DNA of 64,000 nt from Selaginella moellendorffii (lineage: Eukaryota > Plantae > Lycopodiophyta). This document shows, one piece after another, positions 24,653-41,899 of the stretch. Every line of letters begins with the position of its first letter. The first letter of the stretch is position 1. The stretch covers positions 443,559 to 507,558 of the forward strand of contig NW_003314353.1 in NCBI RefSeq assembly GCF_000143415.4. The letters are read 5' to 3'. The notes beneath the pieces were generated by a model. The model searched no databases and was not told the origin of the DNA. It worked only from the letters and a program-made list of their open reading frames with translations. Made by a program: the position numbers and the translations under genes.

Positions 24653-25510
24653 ATGGATGAGCTGAAGACGTACCTAAAACAGCAGCACCCAACCTGTATA
24701 AAGTGCAATCACGGTGAGTGCAGCAACTTCAACTACTTTAACAATGATAACATCAGCCAGCCAAGATATTGCTGCAGTCTGTGCAAGAAAAAATTCACCT
24801 ATGGTGGAAAAACAAAACTAACCTACATGAAGCAGCCAAGATCAAGCAGCACTCAGAAAGTCGACATGGCACATGAGAATAAAAAGCTCAAACACACTCT
24901 AGTTGAAGATGAGACAAAGAAGGGTTTGCTGGTCCATGAAAGTGAAGTGAAGTAGAGTGGTCAACAGGTTGATAAAGCTGGGGTGGTGATCCAGGTGGAG
25001 GACAAGGAAGATCTTAACATGGATGACTTGGAGGTGGCTAGAATCATGGCATTGGTTGAGGAGAATGAAGTCCCAAACAAGGAGGAACACATCCCTCTTG
25101 CATTCCTTGAGGTGGCAGAAATTGAAGTGAGTGACAAAGAGATGACTGAAATTTTATTGTCAAATCTGGAGGATGTTGATGATAAGGAGATGCTAGATCT
25201 CACATTTTAGTGGACAGAACACAAGGAAGGCTTGGCGGAAATTCAAATTGGCAATGGGGAAACAAGCCAAATCCTCCAAAAGAATGTAGACAATGAGGGT
25301 CTTGTGCTGGAGGGGGATTCTCAGGAGGAGCAGGCAGAGGCAATGGAGGAGGACATTGATTTTGCTCTCGAGCTTGAACAAGATCTCTAGGCCGAAGAAG
25401 ATAAGCGAAAGGAGGAATCCATGATACTCTGGAAAATTGAATTGGAGAAAGCTAAATGTAGTGGTGTTTTTAATGTCAAATCAAATTGGCAGAGTAGTAT
25501 TATTTGTTGA
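24653..25510 (+). pseudogene. Divergent Dof-like zinc-finger gene with acidic C-terminus and three in-frame TAG stops
   Basis: CIKC...NFNYFNNDNISQPRYCCSLCKKKFTYGG versus Dof CPRC...KFCYYNNY..SQPR.FC..C.RYWT.GG; one frame for 286 codons with TAG at ~24953, ~25208 and ~25388. Confidence 0.72.
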
Positions 25511-25633
25511 TTGAATCAACAATCAAATCAGCAAAATCAGGATAGAGAAAAAAAACAAATACCTCCATGTTTAGTGTATAATTTATTAATACTATTATAT
25601 CCAAATACCACTTTTTTGAATTAAAGATGATGT

Positions 25634-29400
<3,767 letters not shown>

Positions 29401-29599
29401 TCACAAACTAAGGATTGCTGTGCCTAAATGTATCGGCATCGAACTTGCAGGGCGTCACAGAGAATGGCAGACTCTTGCTTGGGTCTGCCAGATACCAGCT
29501 GAAAATTCTTTTTACATGTGCAATAACCGTAGTCAGCTCCTCACCTTAAACAGCAACCTAGGTTAAAAGAAGCGACTATATATAGCCGGGCATGTTACC

Positions 29600-30110
29600 A
29601 CCTATTTCGACGCGATCGTGCGACATTGTGTCGCGGATCCTGTGAATAGAAACCGATAGTAGAATCGGGCGCTTGGATGACTTCGCTCACAGGTGGAATT
29701 CCAACTCGCATCTGTTCAATCCCTGCTGGCTCAGCTCACTGACGACTTCGATCCCAAGAACAGCGTTGCTTCCATGCGCAAGAACGGGACCCAATAACAG
29801 CAAAGCTCGGCCATTTTCTCCTCACCTCCACGTCCAGGTTGATGGAGCGGAAAACCACTTCGCTGTCGATCTCCTCTTGACCCATCTTGCAATGCCATGA
29901 TCAACCCCTGGTGATCCTGCTCCTTGGCTATGAAGCAACGTTTGGATCGTTCACGTCCAGCATGAATTCGTGGCACAGCAGCGAGTCCGCGTCTCCTACC
30001 TCTCCTTTTCGTCTCCAGGATGCCTTGGATGATCGCCTTGGTGTTGGGGAGTGACGAAATGGAAGCAAAGGTCCTGGACGAGAGGCTCGCCTGCAGTTGA
30101 GAGGAGACGA
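29600..30110 (-). pseudogene. Deleted paralogue of the 21072-22085 orphan gene
   Basis: Reverse-complement matches such as ...GATCACCAGGGGTTGAT... and GTTCTTGGGATCGAAGTCGTCAGTGAGCTGAGCCAGCAGGGATTGAACAGATGCGAGTTGGAATTC. Confidence 0.88.
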
Positions 30111-30755
30111 AGGCGGGAGCCGTACGGAGTGTAATTAATTTGTAATTGTGACTTTTAAGGGAGGCAAACGGCGTTGACGATGAGATACAAATGTAAGTTT
30201 CAGGTCGCCAGATCGCCTGCTGCCAATGGTTTAGCGTTTAACATTCCACTTTTGATTTAGCTTGGTTTTGATTAATTTCCAGCAAGAGAATCTCTGGGAT
30301 TTAGCTACAGCCATGGGTTTTGTGGCTTCTCAGCAAGCTGCTAGAATTTGTGGTAACCTCTAAAACTTTGCTAGAGAAATATAATTCAAATCCAGTTGTT
30401 CTTTGTTGCGTGTTCTGGGAGGGTCCATTACTCCAAAGAAGTTCCTGGCCGAACCCCAACTTAAGCATGCAATCACCACAACTTAAAGTTCTTCCTTCAG
30501 TCTCAAGCATCTAGACTCTAACAAGGTGAGTCGTTAAGTTTTAGGATCTATCAATGCTGCAGCTCCCATGTAACGGACATACAGCAGTCTCAATGATATG
30601 CTCTCATGGCATCTTCTTCATCCTCGGGTCCAATCCATATTTAAGAATTAGTCGTATTTCATTAGAATAAAAAATTGTGCACGTCACAAGCATTGGAAAC
30701 ATTCATCGTCTCCAATATAAATAATCACATCGTCTATCAAAAATCTCATTAGTTC

Positions 30756-33330
30756 ATGGCTCTCTCAGTTATTCTATACTTTCTTCTAAGTTTAAGTGTC
30801 ATGTATCTCTCAGGTTTAATTACTTTTTCTTATGTAAGCCCGTGTTTGAATTTATTTCCAGGGACGAGACACCCACATTGTCTATTTGGGGAATGTGGAT
30901 AAATCGCTACATCTAGATGCTGTTACTAGCTCCCATCATGCACTCCTTCAAGGCGTTTTCGGAAGGTAAATTCAGCTGCTGTTACTAGCTCCCATCATGC
31001 ACTCCTTCAAGGCGTTTTAGGAAGGTAAAGTTGAAAAGAGTATGAATTCATCCAAATTCGAGTGTGCCAGTGTCAAAGCTGCTAGAGAATCACTGGGTTT
31101 TAGCTACAGGCATGGATTCAGTGGCTTCTCGGCTTGACTAACAGAAGAACAAGCTGCTAGAATCTCTGGTAAACTCTCTTAGAAGTTTTAAAATTTTATC
31201 CACAATTGCAGGCCTCCCCAACGTGTTGTCCGTTTTTCCCAATGAAATCCACACGGTCCATACCACAAACTCATGGGAGTTTCTCGGCCTCTATTGGAAA
31301 GAACTCTTTCTTTGGTGCTAGCGAAGCTACTGAATCATCGTGGCTATGGAAGGAAGCAAAATATTGCAAAGACGTTATCATTGGTGTTTTAGATTCAGGT
31401 ATTTCCCTCTTTGAACTATCTTTTGGGGATTGGTTCCATACCATGATCGGAAAAGCTTTCCGACTCTGGCCATAGTCCTGGAAAAAACCAACATGATAGA
31501 AAAAGGAGCGGAAAGGAACTTGGGAGCAATTCAACCCTTCTCACTGCAACAAGTAATTCAAGAATCACATAGTATGCTAAACATTTGTCTTTCAGGAAAC
31601 TTATCGGTGCCAGATTCTTTTCCCACGGCCTACAAGATGGTCCCAAGGCTTATGCAAAAGCACACCAAGAACTTCTTTCTCCAAGAGATGTTGAAGGGCA
31701 CCGATTCGTAAAAAACACAACTGGCTTGGCCACGCAAAAGGTACTGCAAAGGGTGGCGCTCCACGCCTCGCAATCTATAAGATGTGCTGGAGAAACATTA
31801 CGGACAGCATAGTGCGGTGCCCGGGGTTCTCATACTCTCAGCGCCTTTGATATGGGAATCCACAATGGCGTGGATATCTTTTCTGCGTCGATCGATGGAC
31901 AGCAGCCACTGTCGATTGGTGCGTTCCATGCCATGCAGAAAGGCATTGTGGTGGTGTCTTCGGCTGGAAATTTGGGTCCTCGCTCGGTGCAAAATGTAGC
32001 CCCTTGGGTTATCGCTGTTGGAGCGAGCACTATTGATCAAACCTATTTTGGAGACCTTTATCTTGGCAACAATAAATCATTTCGAGTATTTCTCGTTACT
32101 TATAAAGAACTATTTAAATTTAACTATCTTTGGTTTCTTTGACTAAGCAAAGAACGTTGGCTTGCCAACTTCCAACTTTTCAGCCAGGTAAAATTATTAC
32201 TCTCTAGTTTGAGTTAAACAACTATTAATGCTGCAGCCAATTGTGTATGGGTTGGTCTTTGGATCCCGAGAAAGTCCAGGGCAAGATCGTGGCATGCTTG
32301 AGAGGGCCAATGCATCTAGCATTCCAATCATTCGAAGTTTCTCAAGCTGGTGGAGCTGGGATTATCTTTTGCAACTCCACTCTTGAATTTGATCAAAATC
32401 CAGAAAATGAGTTTCTTCTTTTGAAGAGTTGGACAAGCCATCTTCTCATATATCAAATCTACAAGGTAAAACTGTTATGTTCTGCTTTTCGTTTTTTTAT
32501 CTTTGTGCCTGGCAGCTTTCCTGTAGCGGATATACAGCATCAGATAACATTGAGAAATCAAAGCGTGCTCCTTACATGGCACCTTTTTCATCCTCTGGTC
32601 CCAACATCATTGATCCAGACATACTAAAGGTTTGTCAATGTTTTCTCCCGGTTGTTTTTGAAGATTTTTTGTTCGTTCAGCCCGATATTACAGCTCCAGG
32701 AGTAAATATTCTAGCAGCATACACACAATTCAACAACTCTAAAATAGCATACATGCTTGCATCTGGAACTTCCATGTCTTGTCCTCATGTCACTGGGATT
32801 GTGCGCTACTAAAATCCTATCGTCCCACCTGGAGTCCAGCGGCACTCCTTTGATAATCTTGAAGAACCTATAAAGAATTCATCGCTAGTTCCTGGACACC
32901 CTTTGACTATGGTGGAGGGCACGTAAATCCAAATGCTGCTGCTATATGATGCAGATGACCAAGACTACATTGGATATCTCTGCGGTCTGGGAAACAAACA
33001 GACTGACCTTGAAATCCTCACGCAAACTTCCGACAATCCCATAGATCTCAACTATCCATCCATTTCCATCTCGGATTTGTGCCGCAGCAAACTCGTGCAT
33101 AGGTGAGTGACGAACGTGGATGATCACGCAACGAACTACACGACCGGAGAGTGTGTCGGTGTCTGTTCATCAATCAGTTCTACGGTTCAAGCACAAGGGC
33201 GAGACTAAAGCATTCGAGGTGATATTTAGAGTGGGGGACGACTCAAACATTGATCATTTGTTTTTGGGAAGCTGATATGGAGCAATGGAAAGTATACAGT
33301 CACAAGCCCCATCGCAGTCGAGATGTGCTT
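30756..33330 (+). pseudogene. Subtilisin-like serine protease (subtilase, S8 with I9/PA/Fn3 domains) pseudogene
   Basis: Signal peptide, GFSYRHGFSGFSA (I9), IIGVLDSG (Asp), SPRDVEGH (His motif truncated), [23 protein letters not shown] (Ser), DLNYPSI; stops, frameshifts and a 59-bp tandem duplication at 30919-31029. Confidence 0.92.
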
Positions 33331-33784
33331 GGGTAATCCAATGTTCTCAATTGCTCTAATTAAGAGATTAATTACGAGCATAGGCTTCTAAACACAAACT
33401 TTCCTTACCAACTATATATTTTACTAATGAATCCTTATCAACGGGAGCAAATCTTAGCAACAATTTTATTGCTAACTTGCAAATTCAAGCAATGTTCATG
33501 CTTCATAGCCATCTTATAAGATTGTGCAACATGTGGGGTGCTTTTGTGGTGTTCATGAACTTTACTGGTGGATCAATTAGAGTTGTAAGCTCAATCACAT
33601 GGTGGTGTTGCAATTAATTTTCACACAATTTTAATAATTTTGGAAGAAGCATGAGACCACAATAACACAGATGCAAATTGAAAACTTATCACTCTTAGTC
33701 CTTTAATCTTCAATCTTGAGTACCCACATCCTTTTTGCCAATGCCAAAACTATTTTTGCTTGTCCAACTCACAAAGCATCATGC

Positions 33785-36700
33785 TGTAGGAATAATGATG
33801 AACACGACAAGCAGTCTGAATCGTGATCAGATCTCTGGTGATTTCTGATTTGATTGAAGTTGTATATATATACAGCCATAAATGAATCAATGTGTGTTGA
33901 AGTGAAATTCCGTTGTTCTTGCTCCGCTTTTCTTTCTTGGTATCGGAGCGCTGGTTTCTGAACTCTTTCTTCTCCTTTCTTTGTGCCTCACATCATGAGC
34001 TGCAGCAAAGTTGGATTGATCTTGCTTCAGGGAGTCACTGCCTTTGATGGGAGGAGAGGGTTCAACACTTGGTCCGAGAAAATGATGCGCGTGCTGCAGA
34101 TGGAAGAACTCTGGGAAATCGTTTCACCACCAACAATCACTGCAGATGCTCGTATGCGGCGAGCCCCTGCTGCGTTGGGAGCTTCAACTTCAGTGGAAGG
34201 AGAAGTCGTGGATGAAGAGGCAATTCGTGCCTCTGTTGCAGCAGCTCGACAACAGCTTGATCCAGGGGAACAAGCTGCGCTGGAGAAGAAGGAATCTCGA
34301 GCAAAAGGATTGATTCTTTCTAAGCTTGCAGATGCCCTTATGATGCATTTGCATCATAAGTGTGCTTGTGAGATCTGGGCTCATCTCCACAACAAGTATG
34401 CTGTTCTTTCCCTCTCCAAGATTAGCATGGTCGAGACTTGCATTCGTGAGACCCGTTTTCATCCAGGCGAGAACTTTGAAGAGTTCCTCGCCAAGATGCA
34501 AGATCTGTGGATGGAGCTTGAAGGCAGTCCAGCAGCGTTCAACGAAAGCAAGAAAGTTCTGGCACTTTGCGAGGCCATGCAAGATTCTTCTTTTAGTTCT
34601 TTCGTCCCTACCGTTCGCATGATGTCGCTCAACTTTGAACAAGCTGAGCAAACTTTACGCTCGGAGCTGGCTGCGAGAGGTTTGATTGTGGACTTTGATC
34701 AGAGGCCTTCCCATGTTTTGATCTCACAGTCTACATCAAATGCTTCTGCATCAAGCAATCAGTCAGGGACTGATTCAGCTCTGTGGGCTGGAAATCATCG
34801 AGGCAGAGGAGGCCGCGGAAGAGGAGGACGAGGCAGAGGTCGCGGGTTTAGGGGAAATCCGCAGCAGCAGCAGAATTCAGGGAATTCTGGTAAAGAAGTA
34901 GTAGTTCGGGATTGTTTTGTGGGCAAGAACAAACAGGAATGCTGGACCTGTGGGATGCCAGGGCACTACTCCAAGGATTGCCCAGTTGCAGCTTGGCTGC
35001 AGCGCATGAACATAGGGCTTGTAGCAAATGCTCAGGAAGGGGAAACACAGGAACTTGCGGCATCATCTGAGGTAGCAGTTCCAAACGTTTCTGAAAAACT
35101 GACTATCGATTCAGGTTCAGAGAGACACCTGATGCAAAGCGGGTCGAACTTTGTGCAGTTGCGTGCTGCAAAAGGGAAGTGCATTCGTGTGGGAGATGGA
35201 AGCATTTTACCTGTTCGCGCAACTGGGGATGTGCGAGTTCCACTGGGAAGAAAGTCTCTGCTCTTGAAGAATGCGTGGTATGTTCCAAAGATAGTGAAGA
35301 ATCTGGTTTCTGTAGCCAGGCTTACGGATGAAGGTCTGGATGTGAATTTCTCCAAACATCAATGTCAAGTTCTTGCAAATGGCCGTCCATTACTGCATTT
35401 TCCCAGATGTGGTAACCTGTTTGAGAAGGAGATAGCTTCTGGAGAAAAATCGAATGCTCCTGAGATATGCATGACTGCAGATAGTTCTCTCTGGCATTCT
35501 CGACTTGCACATGCCAATCCCCCTCTCATCAGGCGTATGCAGAAGCAAGAGCTTGTGGATGGCTTCAACGACCACGTTCTTCAAAGTTCAGCAAAATGTC
35601 ACACTTGCATTCTTGGCAAGCAAACCCGTCGTACTTTCAAACCTGCTGTGACCAGAAGCACTCGTCCCTTGCAGCTCATTCACTCAGATGTTTGTGGACC
35701 CATGCGACTGTTTGCTCAGAATGGCACGAAGTATTTTGTGACATTTACAGATGATTTCTCCAGGCACACGGACGTCTTCTTTCTTCGTCACAAAGATGAA
35801 GTCTTTAGCAAATTCAAGCAATTCGTAGTAGAAGCCGAAGTGAAAACTGGTTAGAGGGTTGGTTGTTTACGTACTGATTCAGGAGGGGAATACGTCAACA
35901 AGTCCTTTCAGCAGTTCTGTGCTGAACGAGGAATTCTTCATCAGCGCTCTTGCTCTCATACCCCTCAACAGAATGGAGTCTCTGAGCGCAAGAATAGGAC
36001 AATCATGAACGCAGTTCGGTGCTTCCTTCAAGAATCAGGACTACCAAAATTCCTCTGGGCTGAAGCAGTTGGATCAGCTATGCATGTTCAAAACCTTCTC
36101 CCTCATTCTCGCAATCCCAACAAGATCCCAGAAGAGCTTTGGACTGGTCAAAGACAATTGGTGGTGCATCTCAGGCATTTTGGTTGTTTAAGCTTTGCAA
36201 AAAGGGTGGATGAGCATCTTGGCAAGTTGGAGAGCAGAAGCAAGCTGGCCTTTCTTGTTGGATACGATTCCAATTCAAAAGGATATCGCCTGTACCAGCC
36301 TGGTAATCATCAAATCTTTGTAAGCACTGATGTTCGTTTTGATGAAGGAACACTCTACAAAGATCATGTTCAAGAAGAAGGAAGCTCAGATCAGAACATG
36401 AACTGGACTCCGGAAGAATGGAGTTGGGATGGTGTTGAAGACGGTGATGAAGATGACGATGATCTGACAATCATCTATCCCTCATCTCCTTTAGCAGATG
36501 ATCATCCAACACTAGTCTCTGGATCTTTTCTTCCTGAAGAACAGGGCGATGCTACTCATCGTGCACGAACTGGAGAAGTCGACAGGCTCACACGTGATCT
36601 ACCATTCAATGTGGAGAACTATGGGCAGACATCATCTGGACGATCAGGCAGAGCACCTCATCCCAAGAAATGGTCTTTTGCAGCAACAGAAATAGCTTCT

Positions 36701-38427
36701 GAACCAGTCAACTTTGAGCAGGCGATTCAAGCTCCTGATGCAGATAAGTGGATTTCAGCAATGCAAGATGAGTTGAATTCTCTTGATGAGAACCAGACTT
36801 ATGACTTGGTGGAAGCTCCTGAAGGACGTGAAGTTGTTGGATCACGCTGGGTGTTCAAGCTTCACAGAAATCCTGATGGATCAGTACAGCGTTACAAAGC
36901 AAGACTTGTTGCTCAAGGATATTCACAAGTTCCTGGAGTGGATTTTGATGAGACGTTCTCACCAATTGTGAAGCAGACAAGTATCAGAATGCTTCTGTCT
37001 TTTACAGCGGAGTTTGGTTTGTGCGCACATCACATGGACGTAAAAACAGCCTTCCTTAATGGGAACTTGAAGGAGGAGATATTTATGCGGCAACCCCCAG
37101 GCTTTGAGCTTTTTGGATCACGGTGCTCCGAACTCGTCTGCAAGCTTCGCAAGGCTCTTTATGTCCTTAAGCAGGCTTCCCGTTAGTGGTATGAATGTTT
37201 GGATTCTTTTCTTATGGATCTCGGTATGCAGAGGTTGAACAGCGATGGAAATCTATATCTTCTTCAGCAGGGTGATCACTTTGTTGTGATAGCAGTTTAT
37301 GTGGACGACTGTTTGATTGTCAGCAACAATCACACTGTTTTGAAGGATGTGAAGATCAAGCTTATGAACAGGTTTGTGATGAAGGACTTAGGAGCTGTGC
37401 GGCAGCTGTTAGGGATGGAAGTTGACAGGGATGAAGCAGACAGGACAATCACCCTCACACAGTGCCAATATGTGAAGAAGCTTCTCAACCAGTTCAACAT
37501 GACAAGTTGCAAATCCGTGGCTACACCAGTCGTCACTGGCATCAAGTTCACAAGCAAGATGGATGATTTATTTGATCAGCCCTCGGTCTATCGATCGCTT
37601 GTTGGAGGACTACTCTACCTCGCCAACATGACTCGCCCTGACATCTCCTTTGCCGTTGGTCTCCTCAGCCGATACATGCAGTCTCCGAGTTGTTATCATT
37701 GGCAGATGGTGAAGAGAGTTTTGAGGTATTTGAAAGGAACAGCTGCTCATGGATTGGTTTACAAATGCTCAGGTCAATCCAAACTTGTTCTTCAAGCTTA
37801 CTGCGATGCAGATTGGGCTGGCAACTTGGATACACGACATTCAACCTCCGGAATTTGCTGCATAATTGCTGGTGCTCCAGTTTCATGGGGAAGCAAGAAG
37901 CAAACAACGGTTGCTCTTTCCAGTGCAGAAGCAGAATACGTAGCTGCCAGTACAGCAGCAAGGGAGATCATCTGGCTTCGTCGATTACTTGGAGAACTCA
38001 ATCAACAGCAATCAGATGCGACCATTCTGCATTGCGACAGCAGAAGTGCAATCGCCATGTCAAAGAATCCTGTGTTTCATGCTCGTACGAAACATATAGA
38101 CGTGCAGCATCACTTCATTCGCGAACATGTAGCAGCCGGAGATCTTCACCTGGAATACGTTCCTTCACAGTATCAGTTGGCGGACCTTCTAACCAAGCCA
38201 CTTTCGGAGCTCACATTCATCAAGCTGAGGAATCAACTTGGAGTGTCAAGCACACCCTCAGCTTGAAGGGGGAGTGTAGGAATAATGATGAACACGACAA
38301 GCAGTCCGAATCGTGATCAGATCTCTGGTGATTTCTGATTTGATTGAAGTTGTATATATATACAGCCATAAATGAATCAATGTGTGTTGAAGTGAAATTC
38401 CGTTGTTCTTGCTCCGCTTTTCTTTCT
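33785..38427 (+). mobile_element. Young Ty1/Copia LTR retrotransposon (4643 bp) with TG..CT termini
   Basis: 153-bp LTRs 33785-33937 and 38275-38427 (one mismatch); TSD CATGC; PBS TGGTATCGGAGC 33938-33949; PPT GAAGGGGGAG. Confidence 0.97.
33995..38266 (+). pseudogene. Copia gag-pol polyprotein in a single frame with two premature TAG codons
   Basis: CWTCGMPGHYSKDC, IDSGS, WHSRLAH..CHTC, IHSDVCGP, MDVKTAFLNG, YVDD, YCDADWAG, KHID; TAG at 35852-35854 and 37184-37186. Confidence 0.95.
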
Positions 38428-39129
38428 CATGCCATATCTGAGTATAAATATCAGAAGGCTAACCTGAAAGTTACCTTTGCATTATTGGCAAAAGTAGAGG
38501 GAGGTACAGCATTGTCTTGCAAAGGAAGTTTGCAGCTGGGTGGCGCTTACAGGATGGAGCTCACAGCACCCAGCATAAACCTTGACCTGAGCTTGGACAG
38601 CATGCAGCGTCGATGAGCGGCCCAAAAACAAGAGATCACACCCATGATGTTTGCGGCAGTAGATCTCCCATGGGCAGCACTCCAGGATGCGAGCTCGCAT
38701 GAGCGGCACTCACAATGGAACTCGCAGCGCTCAGCAGCAGCAGCCCATGGGTCAAAACCTTAGTAGTGTCAAATGCGCAACAACTGAAATATTGCCACGA
38801 GAGGAGCCAGCGCCCAAAAGCAAGAGCTCGCAGCCGCTCCCAGAGACACGGGAACTCGCGCCAGCCTCAATGGGCGGCGCTCCAGCAGTGTGGTTGGACT
38901 GTACGGCACCCAGAGACAGTGCTTGCTGAGTGGTGCTCTAGCGCCCATGGGCAGAGCTCATGGGTGGAGCTCACAGCACCGTATGGATAAGCAAGGATGA
39001 GTCATATGTGTAAGTTTTGATGCGATCATGTTTTGCAAAGTAATTAAACTCTAGTAACCAATCAAACAACTCTAATGAGTTATAAATATGATTTAAATTA
39101 GTTTAAAGGGAATAAAATGGATTAAAAAA

Positions 39130-40170
39130 TGTGAATTCATAGAATATAGAAAGGGAATACATATATCAATTAGCCCAAAAACCTTAGTTTATATATAGAA
39201 GTGAGTGGTCTAGATTGAAATTAATCTGACAGCTACCAAAATCCCACTATGCTAATATTAATATCTGGCATCATGAGTTTCCCATGTGGCTCCAAAGGAT
39301 GGCATTACAGTGGTACAATGGTTTAAGCGCAGCCACTTATAGGGATTAGAGTGTTTTCCTAGACATTTTCAAACACATATTTGGATATGTTGGCGATTGT
39401 AATAATGCCTTCTAACAATTGCATTACTGACTCAAATGATCCTTGATGAAGACGATACAATTGTTGAAAAGTATCATCACAATCGTTAGTATGTCCAAAT
39501 GCACATTTGAAAATATCTAGGAGAACACTCCAATCCCCATGAGTGGCTGTGCTCAAACTATTATACCACTGCAACACCATTCCTTGGAGATATGTAAGAA
39601 ACTCATACAAACGTTAAACATCATCCCAAAAATGATATATGGCAATCACTATGAAGTGATCGAACCAATAGTACATATCATCCCTAAAATTTCTGTAAAA
39701 GAACTTTAGCTGAACACGAGGATTAGTGCCAAGAGCAAGAGTTATACCACATGCCATGAATGCTGCCATTAACTGAGTTTTGTTGTTCAATTGCAATCAC
39801 ATAGCATCAAGCAATTGCATCAACTACTGCTCCAGAGTCAAATGAGGAAATTGCTGATCTGCCATAAAGATGAATGAAAAGGAAAGATCAAAAGAAGAGA
39901 AATGAAAAAAAGTTAAAAGAAAAGGAAGATCTAAATAATGCAAAAATTAAATTTAAACCAAAATCCTAAAAGAAAAAAAACAAAAGAAAGGAAATGGAAA
40001 AAATTAGATCTAGACAATGCATATATGAGTGCATGAAATATAGAAAGAGAATACAGAAAATATCAATTAGCCGGAAAACCCTAGTTTATATACAAGAACG
40101 AGTGGTCTGGATTGAAATCAATCCAACAGCTGCTAAAATCCCAATACACTAATATTAGAATACACCATCA
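39130..40170 (-). mobile_element. Small decayed LTR-like element with a gag remnant
   Basis: ~130-bp direct repeats at ~39135-39262 and ~40030-40160 (a further inverted copy at ~8185-8315); gag-like LQWYNSL...DWSVLLDIFKCAF. Confidence 0.65.
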
Positions 40171-40272
40171 TGACCTCACACTTGAATATTTTAAGTATCT
40201 TTTACATTTCTGTTTTCCTAGGGTTCTTTGAAACTATAGGTGATTTGGATAGTGTTAGAGCTTGATAAGGCT

Positions 40273-41304
40273 ATGGATTTTCACTGGTTCCAGTTGCATG
40301 GCGACAATCTTTGGCATGTGCCTTCCTCTCTACAATGGGAAGCTCGAATCACTTGCTGCTTCGAGTTGGATCCAGCAAAGCTCTCCTTCCTAGTTATGGT
40401 GCCGAAATATGAATCAGACAACAAAGACGATGATGAGTACGATCTAAAATTCCATCCTCTCACACTCAATAGCACAACAGGCCTGTCTTGCTCGTCTCGT
40501 CACGGATGTCCTCCTCGTCAGTCTCGGATGCCAAGACCAAGCAGCACGCCGCTGTGATCCACGGCCCATCTCCGCAAGAAATCTCGCCGCTTGGCTGTCG
40601 AGATTGTCGCAGACTTGCATGGGTCTTCTTCTGGTGGAGTCGGTCCTGTGCCACCAGTTCATGTTCATGCTCCACAAAGAGCTTGGCGTCACTGGGTTCG
40701 TGCATAAGGTTTCCAGGGACAAGAAATTGAGTGAGCTCACCTGACACGAGCCTGAGCCCGAGGAGGAGGACTTTTACATCGACCGCCACCTTTCTCGTGA
40801 GCAAAGTGACGAGCTCTTGCGTGGGATTTTCGAGGTTACGGTGCCACACTCGTACCGATGGCTGCAGCTGGAGGAGATCGACGGGGGCATGAGAACTTTG
40901 CGAGTGCAGAGCGTGTGGAGGCGAGGACCAAAAGCTCGGCTGTTCTTGTTTGTAGGAAGTCTGGTGACGCTGTTCTTGGCATTGACGTCGTGAGCCATTT
41001 CAGCCAGTTGAGTTTGAGGAGGTGCGAAGTGGAGTTTTACTCGTGGGCGAGCTCGTCCAAGCTCCCTTTTGTGCAGTTCATCACTGATTTCAGAAGCGGG
41101 GCCGTGCTTTTCTACTGCACTTTCACGCAGGCGAGATCAATGTGCCGCGAGATGATGTCGGTCGGCACCATGATAAAGCTGCTACGGCTCTTTGGCACAA
41201 CGTTGCCCGATTCGGAGTCGGAGCTGGAGTGGTGGCCGCTGGCGTGGAAACGTTTCTCGGAAATAGGTGAGATCTTTCAACTTTGTATACACTGGTGTTC
41301 TTAA
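40273..41304 (+). pseudogene. Frameshifted paralogue of the 21072-22085 orphan gene
   Basis: MDFHWF..., FHPLTLNSTTGLS, RTKSSAVL..., VLGIDVVS, CEVEFYSWASSSKLPFVQFITDF, WKRF. Confidence 0.9.
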
Positions 41305-41599
41305 TACTTTTTGAGACCAAGGAACAAAGAGCATTCCAGTCTGCAAGCTGTGAAACCGCTTTGAAAAGAGAAACAGATTAAAGATTTTTACAGTCAAATA
41401 AAGTGGCACCATAGTGGCCACCGTTACTATGCTTCAGAGCACGATGAATGCTAGTACCACGCACGTCTTCAAGTACCTTACAGTCAATTTTCTATCAAAG
41501 CTTGTTTCTAGCATCTAGCATTGGCTGTTCTAACACTTTCAAGAAGGTGAATATCCACGCAGGAGCAACCAAAGTTTACACGAATCACTGTCAAGCTTA

Positions 41600-41660
41600 G
41601 GTCGACGTGAGAGATGTGGCTGAGGCACACATTCTCGTGCACGAGGGGCCTAGCCCTTGT
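41600..41660 (+). pseudogene. Tiny fragment of a CCR/DFR-like NAD-dependent reductase
   Basis: VDVRDVAEAHILVHE motif only. Confidence 0.45.
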
Positions 41661-41899
41661 GTTGAGCTCTTTCCGGACTATCCAATCTCGAGAAAGTGAG
41701 TGATTAAAAGACCAATGTCTAGCTTTGTTTTGACAATCCTGATCTTTTTTTGTTCTCTTTTGTATCTCCTTTGAATACTTGAACCAAGAAGCAGAGAATG
41801 AAAAGACATTGTCACGAACCCTTTTGTTAACAGTGACGGGTTTCCAGAGAGACGTATCTTGTTTTTTCATAGTTTTCTTTCATAGCTTTGGAATACAGG

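Noticed and set aside
35852-35854. Programmed stop-codon read-through in the Copia polyprotein
   Set aside because: The stops fall inside the integrase and RT cores rather than at a gag-pol boundary and lack a CARYYA context; nonsense mutation is the simpler explanation.
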